This document shows positions 12,826 to 25,608 of a stretch of 64,000 bases of DNA, in pieces. The stretch is from Isurus oxyrinchus. Lineage: Eukaryota. Each line of letters opens with the position of its first letter. Positions within the stretch are counted from its first letter, which is position 1. The position numbers were made by a program, and so were the translations under genes. The notes beneath the pieces were generated by a model. The model worked only from the letters and a program-made list of their open reading frames with translations. It did not search any database and was not told the origin of the DNA. Location: positions 6,200,001-6,264,000 of the forward strand of contig JANJGN010000034.1 of NCBI GenBank assembly GCA_026770705.1, written 5' to 3'.

Positions 12826-13602
12826 TTTGACGCTTCGAGTCCTCATGACCCTTCGACAGAACTAGAGTGAGTACAAGAAAGAGTTGAGATGTAAGCTGGT
12901 TTAAGGTGTGTGGTGGGGGGCGGGGTGGGAGAGAGAGAGAGAGAGAGAGAAGTGGAGGGGGTTGGTGTGGTTGTAGGGACAAACAAGCAGTGATAGAAGC
13001 AGATCATAAAAAGATGTAACAAAATAAGATATAGGTGTTCAAACACCAGGAGAGAAATGGAAAGAAATGAAGGTGAGCAAGGCAAAAGAGACATATGGAA
13101 ATCCTGTTGCAGAGACGACCAGAACTTCTACAAGGAGGTGGGCATTTTTTGAAGCGCAGTGGCAGTCAATTCAATTGTTTCCGTATCTCTCTTTTCCCTT
13201 GCTCACATTCATTGCTTTCTATTTCTTTCCTGGTGTTTGAACACCTATGCGTTCTTATGTTACATCTTTTGATGATCTGCTTCTATCACACCTTGTTTGT
13301 CCCTACAACCACACCAACCCCCTCCACATCTCTCTCTCTCTCCCCACGACCGCCACATCCCCACCACGACCCCCCACCACCACCTCCCCCCCCCCCCCCC
13401 CCACCCCACACACACACACACCTTAAACCAGCTTATATTTCAACTCTTTCTTGGACTCACTCAAGTTCTGCCGAAGGGTCATGAGGACTCGAAACGTCAA
13501 CTATTTTCTTCTCCGCCGATGCTGCCAGATCTGCTGAGTTTTTCCAGGTAATTCTGTTTTTGTTTCGGATTTCCAGAATCCACAGTTTTTGTTTTGCTTT
13601 TA
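12826..13602. mobile_element. Inverted-repeat Penelope-terminus insertion with TSD, inside a SINE-A (-)
   Basis: Arms 12826-13101 and 13178-13500 are reverse complements; TSD taacttctctaaagg (12811-12825) / taacttctttaatgg (13603-13617). Confidence 0.85.
13464..13502 (+). ncRNA. Minimal type I hammerhead-like motif with a variant core
   Basis: AGTT-CTGCCGA-A-GGGTC-atgag-GACTC-GAAA-CGTC-AACT; stems I and II pair; ACGT palindrome at helix III. Confidence 0.6.
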
Positions 13603-14129
13603 TAACTTCTTTAATGGACTTTAATGAACAAAATCGAATTTACAACAATCACTGTTGTAAATATTTATGATTGTTTCATCGAAACCATTGAGGAGGCCAG
13701 CTTTCAATTCCAGAATATATTAATTGTATTTTAGTTCTGCCAGCTGCCGAGTTGGGATTTAAACATTTGTTCCTGAAACATTAGCCTGGGCTTCTGAATT
13801 TTCTGGTCTGGCGGCCGTTTGGTACTCTCTGCATTGTCTTGAGTTCATCAACTTCAGGCTTGAGTTATTTAGTTCCCTCCACCTGTCCATCTCCAAATTT
13901 AGGCTGCACCATATAATTTATCTATATGTATGACTCAGTGTCACCTTTCCTAATTTACTGCCTATTCTAAAATCTCCCGCAATGTATGGAAGTCAACTTC
14001 TGCTGCAGCACGCCCTGTAAAATGATTTGGCCTAATTAGTTAAATGGAAAATACTGTAAGCCTACCTTCACTGGTCAATATTGGGATAACTCCCCTCTAT
14101 ACAATTCACCTCTTAAAGCCATCTTGTGA

Positions 14130-14830
14130 ATAGGGCCCCAGCCAATTTCTCAGTGTGCAAATATGACACCGAAATGAGGCACATGAAAGCTATCCTAACA
14201 GATAATGGCCACCCCGAACGCACATTGCTCCTTATGTAAAGTGTGCATTCATGATTGTGCGTAAGGCCAACACTTTCATCGATGAGAAATGTAAAATATT
14301 CTTCAAATTAACCAGAAAGCGTGAAGTGCCTGGAAAAAAAAATGAGCAACAGATGTTGCCAGTCGTTTCTATGGAATTGCAACGCCACTCCTATTCTCTG
14401 ATGACAGAATGCTGCCGTCTAGCCAAAGGATGTTCTACCTGCAACAGAGTGTTGTATATGATTTTAAGTATCGATGTGATGCCCGTTATGTATCTACTTC
14501 CAATGGCATAACGGATTGTATCAAACAGCTGGTATACATGGCAATTTTTAATAAGCTGAGTACTGAATCTAGGCAGCCAAACCGTTCTTTCAAATCTCAG
14601 AACATAATCTCCAACTCTAGATGTGATTCAGCGATTTGGAAATCACAGCTGTAGAACCCCGACTGTGCTAAGGTTTAGGTTAACAACCAATTAGTATTGT
14701 TGTTCAAACATGCAATGCTGCTCCCTTACAATAACTAAAAGTTGCGTGTATTCAGAAACTGGGAGCTGTCCTCTGTAAGCAAAAGGAACATATCCAGACA
14801 TTGTGCATATCTTGAATTAAACACAAGAGC
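14130..14830 (+). mobile_element. Penelope-like element GIY-YIG endonuclease remnant
   Basis: VVYDFKYRCDARYVST..ITDCIKQ...CDSAI (VVY...C...Y[I/V]G...R pattern). Confidence 0.7.
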
Positions 14831-15134
14831 GGTGTAAAATGTATCAGTATGCATTATTTACGTTAAAACTGCGAGTAATCAAATTTGACTTGTTAAGCTT
14901 TGACATTTTCTCATAGAGTAGAAATCTTTCCTCCCTTTGCAATTTGGCATTCTTGCATCTGCCCTCCTGAGTGCAAGGCGGATACCTTGGCAGGGAGTCC
15001 CTTTCTTCAGTAACATTATTCTGCTTCCTACCACTCAGCAGACTTCGTGAACTTCCTGTGGCACCAAGGGATTCGTCACTGCTCACAACGTTTTCTTTTG
15101 GATATCCACAACGACCAACGACACATCTAGAGCA

Positions 15135-16010
15135 TAATCCTAATCAAACATATTTGTTACTTTAGGAAAATAGTTAATAGCATTTCTAATACACGGACTG
15201 TGCTTCATAAAGAAAACGTGTTTATGTTTCTCAATAAATCTGCGTTTGTCCAAGTGACGATCATGTATGTCCAGGATTACCATTAATAAATGCTGCCAAC
15301 AAGACTGAACTGGATGACATGAAGTTAGTGGGTTTATACTTACGCAAGATTTTTTTTTAATTCGACGTGCAACATTTTCAATACACCAGTCCTTTTGAAG
15401 TAACTCTGTTTCTGAAATAGAATGAAAAATTATGGCCAACACCTCGGCAAATTGCACCCTTAACTCCGTCAGTACGTTCAGATACAAATGATCTAGTCGT
15501 GGTGTCATATCAACTTTAAGTACCGAGAGTCTTCTAATGTTGTTTTTCTTTAGCATTGTTTTCCTCAACTAAAATCTCCATGTCTCACTTTTCACCAGAA
15601 CTTTGGCCGTGCTTTCAGTCCTGGTAAAGCCACGTACACAGTAGCGATTATATTTACATCAATACTTCCATTCCGCCTCAAAGAGTAAAATTCATTGGTT
15701 TCCTGAATCACACATGTTGTTCGTCTTGCTACATTTATGCCAAAGAAGATTTTTCGAATCGTTTTTGGATTTGGTGCCTATTTCATTAAATGATGTCTCT
15801 TGATGTTCTTACATACATGCCAGTTCCCCTCTGGATTATTTACAATCAGCTTGATTCTCAGTTCTCTTTTAAACCTGTCATCTGACATATATTTATCTGC
15901 ATATTTCACAAAATTCTATGTTTTCCACAATCCAATAAAGCCTGGATTTGTTAGTCCTACAATTTTCTCGTCCTAAATGCACCTCGACTGTACAGGAACC
16001 ATCACTTCCT
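15135..16010 (-). mobile_element. CR1-like LINE, RT N-terminal region
   Basis: ORF 15140-15568: LKVDMTPRLD..VLTELR...LAIIF...DW..ENV...KK. Confidence 0.75.
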
Positions 16011-16674
16011 TATATGCGACCTTTTCTTCAACTGAATTTTTAATGGTTAAGCATCTATACAAATTTTCCGGAGGGAAAATCGTTCACAGCTCAGTGTGAT
16101 TTACACTCCCTGATAATTAACTTTTTTTCTGAACTGTTTTTTTTTTTTCCGTCGATTGTTCGCTACTGCAAAACTGCTTCTTTTTTTCATGACCAGCATT
16201 CATTCCCAACCTCTAATTGTCCTTGTTGAGAGAACATTTAAGAGTCAACCACATTGCTGTGGGTCTGGTGTGATATAGACGCCAGACCTGGTAAGAACTT
16301 ATCGATTTTTATTTTTCACCTTCCTTGGTAGGATTCGAACCAAGGGTCCCTGGGATTCTGGGCAGGGCAACACTTTAGAAACAGTTTTTCCACTTTTTCC
16401 TTTACATTATTAGCAGCTCAGTCTATACTGATAACATTGATAGACAATTCTGTTTCCACTCAATATAACTGCAATTTACTTTCAACTCTAGACATGCATA
16501 CTTGCCCCTTAGTTTGATGCCAACAAAACTAACCAGGACTGTAATATTACCACTATTGTCGAACTAAATATATTGTGTCATGGACCTTTCCAAATTATCA
16601 GCACGCACCAAAGTCTGTTAAGTCAATATTTCTCTCCTTCCCCCATTTTCCAGCAGCCCATCTTTCCTGACCAA

Positions 16675-16925
16675 TCAGTATAGTGTTATAGTCACTGGGC
16701 TAGTAATAAAGGAACCCATGGATATGCTCTGGTTTAGAATCCCAACACGTCAGTCTGGTTGGTGGAGAAAAAATAAAACCTGGAATTGAAAGTCTGCTGA
16801 TGACAATGGAACCGTTGTCATGAAAAAAAAAAACATTTGGTTCACTTGATGACTTTATCTGGTCTGGCCTACGTGTGATTCTGGACCGACAGGAACATGG
16901 TCTACTTTCACATGCCACCTGAATA
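16675..16925 (+). mobile_element. SINE-A copy
   Basis: gtcactgggctagtaat...ttggttcact...ctggtctggcctacgtgtgattc. Confidence 0.65.
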
Positions 16926-17029
16926 AGGACAGCGACACAGATACACTTTCTAATTTCTTTTCCTGCAGCACCGACCCACCGAGGCTTCAATTTGAGTCAT
17001 CTGCATTCTGCATATCAGGAAATCATCAT

Positions 17030-17285
17030 GGATTTTCGAGAGCATCTTCACATCCAGCAACCTCCAAACTCCACACCATCCTAACTTGGAACTGCCTGTT
17101 TATTCAATATCGCTGGGTCAAACACCTGGAAACCCCCTTCCTACGAGAAATGTTGGTACACCTACCCCACATGGACTCTGACAGTCCAAGAAGGGTGCTC
17201 GGCATTAGCTTCTCATGTGGAATTATGGATGGGCAATTAAAAATGTTGGCACAGGCAGCTACACCCACGCCCATTGAAAGAATTT
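17030..17285 (+). mobile_element. LINE-B 3' end
   Basis: cgctgggtcaaacacctggaaa...tatggatgggcaattaaa tail, as at 1900-2100. Confidence 0.6.
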
Positions 17286-18383
17286 GAAATATTTTTTTTA
17301 TTCAGGAATATTTACCATCTGTCCCTGGTTGAGCTAGGTGTCCATAATCACAACAGCATATTGCCCTTGTTTGAACGTGCCTGCAGCTCACTAATCGTAT
17401 TCACCATAATGAGGGCGTTCACACTCATGCACTGCGAAACAAATTTAGACCTAATTGTATCATCCCTAATTCTGACAAAGAGAGTCGAACTTAATCCAGT
17501 GCAGCGTTTCTCCCTATTTTTTGTGCCCAATTTTCATCCACTCATGTGTTGTCCTCTGTTTCCCATGACCATGCTGAGTTAGCTTAAATTAGCCTGAACA
17601 ACTTTGGAAAGCCGCTCCACGTGAACATTTATGACAGCTCCACATTGATGTCATGTGTTCGACCTGTACTGGTCCCTCCCTCCCACAAATACTTTTAGGG
17701 TCACATAAATCTAAATATCTTGTTCGTGCACAATTTTTTTCTGCTATCAATTCCTTTTTTTTTCATCCAATTACTTCAATACTCACTGGCACACACCATG
17801 GCAATGAATCCAGAGTTTACTATCTCCAAGGTCCTTTGCATGTCTCTCTTAAACTTTGCTCGTAGATTACATCACATTCTAATTCGCTGGCGTCCATTCC
17901 TGTATAAACATCGAATCCTGGCTATCATCCATAAGGAACTTTACAGCTGCTTGGTGATATGCTTGACACTGGCCATGGGTTTGACATATCACCTTACAGT
18001 CCCCAGGTGCATATACGCCAGTTTGTTGCCTTAATGTCAGGCCCCGCTGAAATGGTTATTTCCTGTCTGCAATGTACAGCTGAACCAGGTTTAACTGGGA
18101 CTGCACATAAGGGGAGCACATTGCATTCAGTGAAATACTGCTCTACATGCCTTGCCTTCCGTGGCTACCTCGCTGTCACACATTCAGTCGCTGCAGCATG
18201 ACGTTAAGTTGCAGAGCGAACACATCCAGACACCTGCTATCCATGGAACATCCATTTCAAATTCACTGATCGAAGAAATGAAAACAGACGTAAAATTCCC
18301 ACATGGGGAATGTGTGCAAAACATGGAACACAAACTTCCTGACTCTTCCTTTTTTCATTTATCTTTTAACTGACTTCACATAG

Positions 18384-18434
18384 ATCTACTTAAGGTATCA
18401 ATAAAAAAAGGCTCAGCTACTACTCACCAATCAG
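18384..18434 (+). CDS. Candidate exon E, 3' boundary uncertain: DLLKVSIKKGS(ATTHQS)
   Basis: Pyrimidine-rich acceptor ...actgacttcacatag; open phase-1 frame; the first in-frame GT donor is weak (TCAG|gttacc, 51 nt); position matches exon E2. Confidence 0.4.
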
Positions 18435-18489
18435 GTTACCTTTATTTGACCTGATGTCACAAACGCGAGGGGGGTTCAGGTTCGGGATG

Positions 18490-18885
18490 AGGGCAGTGTA
18501 GTGGTATAGCTGTGCTTTCAAGGTACCAGTTGCCAACAGGCCTAAGATATTGCGCTGGTGACATGGGTCAGAATCCCGCCATAGTCACTGTTGTATTTTC
18601 AATTCGAAAAATAAATCTAGAGTATAACATTGTTTTCAGTAACTATGTGCAAGAAACATTTAGCTATTGTTGCAAAATCCCCATCTGCTGCAATGCCCTT
18701 TCGGGATTGAAAAGTAATTAAAATGTGGTCTGGCTTACTCGTTACTCCAGGCACGCAGGGTTGAGTTTGGCTCCTCATTGCCCTGTGAAATCACTCAGCA
18801 AGCCATTCAGTTCAAGGGCAATTAGAGATGGACTACAAATTTAGCCCTTGCCAGTGACAGCCATACCCAATGAAAGAATAAATAA
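18490..18885 (+). mobile_element. SINE-A full-length copy
   Basis: tRNA-like head (ggcagtgtagtggt...gggtcagaatccc), body, tail caagggcaattagagatgg...atgaaagaataaa. Confidence 0.7.
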
Positions 18886-19377
18886 GTATTCTTATGCAAA
18901 CATTAAAAAAAAGAAAATATTATTACTTGTATCGTCAACTTTTATGTTTGTATAAATTAGAGTTTGCAAGTGCAGGTATACCCTTCTATTTAATTCTAAC
19001 GTTATTGTAGATCGGTCAATTAATTGAACCCTGGCTGCAACTACAGCATATATTTTCAAGTTAGTTTTCGCTTTTGCGTGACTGATTTGTTTTGGCTTGC
19101 TGTACAGTTCATTAAGCTAATTTTTAAAAAAATGATTAATAGTGCAATAAGGTGACGTAACTTTAGTGCTCAGCTTTCTCCGGCCGCTGTTCTTCTCTCC
19201 CCATTTAATTTTCCCGCTCCGCCGCTGTCGGTAATTCGTGTTTTTTTGGACGTCTACTTACTACGGTTGTGATCTAATATTCTACCGTTTCCATTGCCAA
19301 ATCTTCCCATACTATTGTTACTAGCTCCACTCTCCCAAAGTGCTTTGATACCGTGTTGCTAACGATGGCTTCTGTAG

Positions 19378-19417
19378 TTCTCTCTCTCTTGGTCTCTCTC
19401 TCTCTTTCCCTCTCTCT
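19378..19417. repeat. Imperfect (CT)n microsatellite
   Basis: tctctctcttggtctctctctctctttccctctctct. Confidence 0.7.
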
Positions 19418-19600
19418 AATAACTCCACTTTCCCGTTTTGATTTGCTGCTCACCATTTCAATAAACAACATGAATCAAAGCGACCTCATCTCAAGGAGTA
19501 AAAATAACAGATTTTGCAGCGCCACATAAAAGACCTTAAATCCAATGTAGTTGCGTCAAAAAGAAAGTGCTGACCTTGTCTTTCTTTCTTTATATTACAG

Positions 19601-19636
19601 AATTAAGCAATTGCCTGGAAATTGCAAAAGACTTAG
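19601..19636 (+). CDS. Micro-exon F (36 nt): ELSNCLEIAKDL
   Basis: tttctttctttatattacag|AATTAAGCAATTGCCTGGAAATTGCAAAAGACTTAG|gtgggt. Confidence 0.85.
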
Positions 19637-20064
19637 GTGGGTAGAGCACGTTCATGCCTGTGCATGTTTTAAACAAAGGTAATGTTATTTCACCCTACAG
19701 AAAGCTAAGATTCAAAGATTATTTGAAAGCTTTGGATCTAAATTCAGTAGAAAATTATGAATGTCGTCCTGCTGCTGAAGATAATTTTCACCAAGTAGAA
19801 TTTCGAAATCTATGATGTAAAATACGTAGCAGCGAGTGATAAGAAATTCCTGGAGGGAACAGCTGTCAGGACCTATCTAATAATTTCTGAAATGAAGTAA
19901 CTTTCTGAACACTTCACTGAACTTAAGCACTTGTGATAAATAGAACACTTTAATCCACCATTTCTTTATTCGGTGTAAATAATTCCATGGAACTGAATAT
20001 CGGGCTGGATGCATAACGACCCTATTTTGTGCGATCACAGAAGATAAACGGAAAAATCTATATA

Positions 20065-21000
20065 AAATCATAGAATTGTAGCATAATTACAACACAGAAA
20101 GGAACCAATCAATCCATCACTTTCTTGTCAGCTGTCAGTACACTAACTCACCTTGTCCCACTACCCAGGCTTTACGCAAGAGCCATGAACTTTGGCTTTT
20201 GTTTTTATTCCACAGGCAATCTTCCAGCATTTTAGTTCAGTTCATGATTAAATTTGCCTCCTTTATATTCGCAGGCATTTACTTTCAGTTTCTAAGTGCA
20301 TTTGCTTTAAAAATAGTCTTCCCCCTTGCCGTTGTTTATAAATTAACCAATCACTTCAAAGCCATTTGCTTTATTTCAGACATACTTCTGAAACTGTCAA
20401 CAGTTTCTCTCCATCTACTCTGTCCTGACCCTTCATGATATTGAACACTGTCCTCAAGTCACTTAATCACCTCCTCTCTCTGAAGGAGTCTGTGGAGTCT
20501 TTCTAATTCTGGTAGACTCATAATACAGGAGTCCAGAATTATGCTCAGCGAGCGCGTCTAAGTACTATCACGAAAGTTAGTTGAATTTCAATTCAATTAA
20601 GACATTCTGAAGTTCAAGCCTAGTCTCATTTAAAAAAAAACAAGATCTGAATCACTAATGCACAGTACGGAATGGAATCATTCATCCTTATCATGTTTTG
20701 CGTAAATGTGACTCCAGTCCCACATCAATGTGGTTGATTGGTGAGGGCTCTCGGAAACAGCCTAGCAAGTCATTTCAAGGGGAATTAGGGATGCAGAAAT
20801 TAATCCTGCGCTTGGCACAGGATCCACATCACATGAAATAATAAATATAGCAAAACATCCATGGAGAACAACCATCCCTATCCAGCCTACTCACGTAATT
20901 TAAGTTCCTCATGCCGGTAACCGTCCTTTCACTGCATCCTCTCTAATGTCTAAACCAGTGAGTATGTCATAGACTAATCTTTTGCGCAATCAGGCATTAT
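20065..21000 (-). mobile_element. Old CR1-like 3' fragment with a nested SINE-A (+, about 20560-20845)
   Basis: catagaa-type CR1 tail on the minus strand; the nested SINE carries gtgactccagtcccacatcaatgtggttga. Confidence 0.5.
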
Positions 21001-21101
21001 GAGGGCGACGTCCCAGTGCAGCATTTGCTGCATCCTCAGCGCTGTCAATAATTTCCTTCCATTAAGTTAATTTAATTGCTTTATATTGTGTGCCTTAACA
21101 G

Positions 21102-21128
21102 AAGAAAAGCTAAAACTGAAAGGGACAG
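21102..21128 (+). CDS. Micro-exon G (27 nt): EEKLKLKGT
   Basis: tgccttaacag|AAGAAAAGCTAAAACTGAAAGGGACAG|gtagct; paralogous to 52739 (EEKLRQKQK). Confidence 0.8.
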
Positions 21129-21659
21129 GTAGCTACTTTAACGCTTATTCTTTGACAAAGAAGTACGTGACTAACTTTTCATTATTAGTCCTTTATAGCT
21201 TCCATTTTTTAAACTATAATTTGCATACAGCTTCACAAAGTAACATGCAAGGAATTGCTCTTGGTGATGATGTGCAAGAACACCATTGTTTTTTTTTTAT
21301 TTCCGTAAGATAGAAGTTAGAAAATAGTCCTCTTTTTCACGGAAAAAAAAATTGCAACATAGTGAAAAATATGATAATCACTCTGCAATCTATAAGGAGT
21401 TGCTTAAGACAATGGTGACAATGTGAAATTCGCTGTGGAAGGATTTGGTCAGGCGAATAGAACAGATGTGTTTACAGTGAAGTCGGGTAAACACAAGATT
21501 TAACTGTAGAATATTATGTTGGCAGTGTGAGATGACTTTAAGCATCTGCAGAATTCAGACTGTAATCTGAACGTTCGTGCTTTACAAATGTCAGGAAATA
21601 TTTATGTCCTACCTGAGAGGTCATGACCTTCCTCACTTCATGTTCACCAGCATTTCCAT

Positions 21660-22280
21660 CTCCGAATCCCCCACCAAAATCATGCTTCGGCTTGTGCTTT
21701 TGACAATAAAATTAACCAGAGAAGGCATTTAAATATTGTGGCTATAAGTGTAGGTCAGAGTATTGCAATTCCATGGTAAATAAGTCACCTGAAAGCTTCC
21801 TCCCCTGTAAACCATTTCAAGGATATTCATGTGATGGAAGACATTTCCAATTGCCTGAATTCGTACAGCTTCAACAGCACTTCAATACTTGACGCCATCT
21901 AAGACAAGAAAAGCTCTTTTCCTGGCACCTTATCAGACATGTAACTAAATTCAGTCGCTCTAACGCCGCCGCTCAGTTGCAGCATTGCGTACCATCTATA
22001 AAATACGCTGCATAATCTCGCCAAGGCTCCTTCAGTTGCATGGTCCAAACCTTTAACATCGAAGTCAAAGAAGAATAATACCTGGAGACACATAGAGCTG
22101 GTACACGCAAGGCCTTTTGCAAGTAACACACCATTCTTGTTTCGAAGTATATCACATTTCAATCATCGCTGGTGCATCAAAATCCCAGAAAATCCTATCT
22201 AACAGCATTATGGAAGCATGGACATCGCAAAGATTACAACAAATCAGGAACATAACTCAGCACAAACATCTAAAGAGAAA
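21660..22280 (+). mobile_element. LINE-B C-terminal fragment
   Basis: Homologous to 9820-10330 and 1635-2100 (ccaaggctccttcag, atcgctggtgcatcaaaatcc). Confidence 0.6.
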
Positions 22281-22369
22281 GTGGGAATGCTCAAAAATGC
22301 GGACAAAATTGCTGGAATGTGGGACTTGCTGTCGACTTGAACTTAAATTTGAAAAAGAAAACATACGAA

Positions 22370-22650
22370 ATTCTAAAGTGTTCATTTCCTAGGGCAACGC
22401 TTTGAAAAATCAGAGTCAATCTGACTGATTTGAATATAAACAATGCTGGACATTAAACCTTTGTCTGGTAACTAGTGTATTCTCCATGGCAACGTGTCCA
22501 GAAATCAGAATCCACTTGCCAACCGATCAGAACTCTCTTCTCATGGAATATAAATTGCTGTTCCCGTCACAATTTGGAATCCTTGAAAATTGCTCTGAAG
22601 AGCGCAAGAAGAAATAGCTCCAGGAAATATGTCGTTCCTCAGCAATAAAA
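22370..22650 (+). mobile_element. Penelope-like 3' terminus with a degenerate hammerhead core
   Basis: aatcagaatccacttgccaaccgatcag matches 6940-6970; ctgaagagcgcaagaagaaa. Confidence 0.5.
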
Positions 22651-22987
22651 TATTGACGACAGATAGTCAAAAAGGAATTCAACAAAAAATTCATCTCACG
22701 GAGTGGAAAACTGTGAAACCCGTTCGAACAAATGATAGTTGCAATGGATAGTGTAGTTACATTTAAATAAACACTACAAAAAGTATGTAAAGGATAAAAT
22801 GATCTGTTCCTATGAGCAAGTACGGTGGTTGGAGGTCGATATTGTGGGGCGCAAACACTAGTATACACGCATTCAGCTGAAATATGCATTTTAATTTCTC
22901 TAAATTCTGTGTCTTAGTTTCGATAAGAGGCAGCAACTTTCTCTAAAATGTCAAAAAATCCTTAAAATTATTTTTATAATATTGCAG

Positions 22988-23023
22988 AGCTGCTTAAATG
23001 CCAAGAAGCTTTAAAGGAATTAG
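22988..23023 (+). CDS. Micro-exon H (36 nt): ELLKCQEALKEL
   Basis: ataatattgcag|AGCTGCTTAAATGCCAAGAAGCTTTAAAGGAATTAG|gtgagg. Confidence 0.85.
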
Positions 23024-23629
23024 GTGAGGCTTGTGTTATTTCTTTGTTTAACATGCTATAGCCAGTAAAGATAGGCAAACATTACTCCATCAGCATGAAC
23101 AAAAATAAAACTTTTTTTTTTTATCTGTGTTCATATAAACCTGTTTGCCTAAAAAAGCTGCTTTGGCTCTCAAGGAGCAGATAGCGACCAGTATATTCTA
23201 TGTTTTTACTTTTTTGCAGGTTTTCTAACTTAATTGCCAGCCCAAACTCATTTCAAGGCATTTAAGGATGAGCCATGAATTCTGACCTATCCAGCGACGC
23301 CCAAATCCCATGTATGAATATATTTAAAAATTGCATGCCAACAAATGTCGAAGTTGTCATCGACATGAATAAACGAGTAGCATTGTGGAACTTAACTAAT
23401 GAAGCTATATTGTGTTCTAAAAAATAAGCATGACACATTCAAATTCAAACCTGTCTGACCATTGCATTAGTATGCTTAGTCGGATATGTTTTTTTGCAGA
23501 TATGACTCCACGCCTCTATGACTATAATCCCAAAGAAAAAACATTCCCCTGAGCGTGATCAGTCAAATTCCCAAATCAAACAAATAGCTGAAACTGAACA
23601 GAATATCTGTTAAAGAACGTTGTCTGAGA

Positions 23630-23995
23630 TGGAGTAGCGGGGCTATTATTGGTTTTTAAACCGCGTCTCAGGCTTATTGCTTGGGAACTTGTGTTCAAAT
23701 CTCCAATAGCGGCTAATATAATTTAAAATCAATAATTAAATAAGAATAGAATTTAAAATTATTGACCATAAAACTGTTATATGCTGTCATTGAATTTCAG
23801 CTGGTCATTCAGGGAGATAAATCTACCTCTCTTGTCTGGCCTGACCGACATCTGACTGCTGACCCACAGCAATGTGGTTGACTCTTCACTGTCACCTGAA
23901 GTGGCCTTGCAATCCATTTAGTTCAAGGTCAATTAGGGATAGGCAACAAATGATGGCCTTGCTAGAGACGCCCATGTCCCATGAAAAAAGAATGA
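23630..23995 (+). mobile_element. SINE-A copy
   Basis: gacccacagcaatgtggttgactcttcactg...aattagggataggcaacaaatgatggcc. Confidence 0.75.
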
Positions 23996-25581
23996 TATTC
24001 AAAGATAAATGTTGGCTGCCTAGACATTCAAATCAAAATCCTGCTCTACAGCTTTTCAAACATGTCAATAAGGCATTTGTGCCACAAAGAAACAATTTTA
24101 ATCGTAAAATCGTCAAAGCCACCTAAGAGAGTAAACTGGCAAATGGATACACTTTGATTTGGATGGGGCATTTAACAGGAATGTTCAAAACAGCGCACAA
24201 TATGGTAAATCAGCAATTCAGCACTGTTTACAATTTACACTGGATACTTGTCAATAAATTACATTAAATTACATGATTTGTGGCATTTTGCACGGAAAAT
24301 GTGGCCCAACCCAACGGTGAACGCGAGTCCAGAAATATAGAATCTCCTATCATAGGAGGGGTCATAGTGCCTTTGCCAATTTATTGCGAGAGCTAACCAC
24401 CTCTTCAAACATTATTGCACTTTCTAAAAAAAACACGACTATAGTCTTCCCCTTCAAGTATTTATCGAACGGTCTTTTAAATGTTAATATTGAATTTCCT
24501 TCCAATGGCCTTTTATGGCCGGGCTTGCATAGCTGATCACGGTACTTTACAACAGCGTAATGTATTCCCAACTATCTGTTTAATTGGCCAATCGGCTAAT
24601 CTCTGTGAAGCTTGGTTATCGAACCACTGTTGAATGTATTCAAATTCTATCATTATGTTCAACATTTATCTCATATTAACCACTATCCTCACCAGAGCCG
24701 ACCACAAGCACGCAGCCTCTCATCCTCAACACCCAACACATGATCCATCCCTCCCGAAATAATCTGAGTGTTTACTGAAATTCAGGGACCTAATGCATTA
24801 TGGATGCATGGGATTAAGCTGCTTTTTTAAAGCCTGCAGAGCCATGATGGACCAAAGGAACTCGCCCATTAACATGGGGAGGAACTTTCGGAAAACTCAG
24901 CTAGCCTTTCAGAAGCCCATTGACTCCTGCTGGACCATAAAATCCCACTGGCATAAAATTCTGCTCATATATGTTTTTTATGAAAAAATGTTCATGTTTT
25001 TAATCTTTTCCACTGTAAAACACAGCTTCTTTTTATCTCTTCAAATTACTGAAATTACTCCACCCTAAGGCCATTGCGTTAAAACTACTCTGCATCCTTT
25101 TCAACCCCTCGATATCCTTCCAAAACGCTGCTCTGCCGAATTAGACACATTGCACTTGCTGTGGCTTAATCAGCAATACATTAAGTTTTTTTTTTTCTCT
25201 CTCTCTCTCATCATGCTTTCCAGAGTGCTAGACTACAGAATAAAATCGATCTTGGATGGTGGCGAGGACAAAATCTATACAATGACCCTGCTTTTATGAC
25301 ACCAGACGAACCATTGTTTCCACATTTTTCAATTCAATGCATGGATCAAAAAATGGCAATTGGGGCCGCCAATCATTTGGCAGCGCCATACAAGACAGTT
25401 GTTTTGCGCCGTGTGCGCCATACTCTTAGAATAGTAATGAACCTGGTGAAATGTTTCATTTTGATATCATTTGATATCATTTTGAGACCCTTTTGCCTTC
25501 ATTCTGTCTTCTGGAAGAAAGTGCCCACAGAACACAAAATTATTTCAATTATTTATTTTGCATAATTTTACTCCTTGACAG

Positions 25582-25608
25582 GAGATAAGCTGAAAGGAAA
25601 AGAAACAG
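25582..25608 (+). CDS. Micro-exon I (27 nt): GDKLKGKET
   Basis: ttactccttgacag|GAGATAAGCTGAAAGGAAAAGAAACAG|gtgact. Confidence 0.8.

Noticed and set aside
13095-13484. 129-aa proline-rich ORF and its minus-strand twin at 12843-13094
   Set aside because: They arise from poly-C and CT/CA simple repeats in the arms of the inverted repeat; not a gene.
14040-14055. ag|TTAAATGGAAAATACT|gtaagc candidate exon
   Set aside because: 16 nt (frameshifting) with no pyrimidine tract.
16969-16995. 27-nt candidate exon APTHRGFNL as a confident feature
   Set aside because: Poor donor (gtcatc), composition unlike the other exons, and it lies between repeat fragments; kept only as a note.
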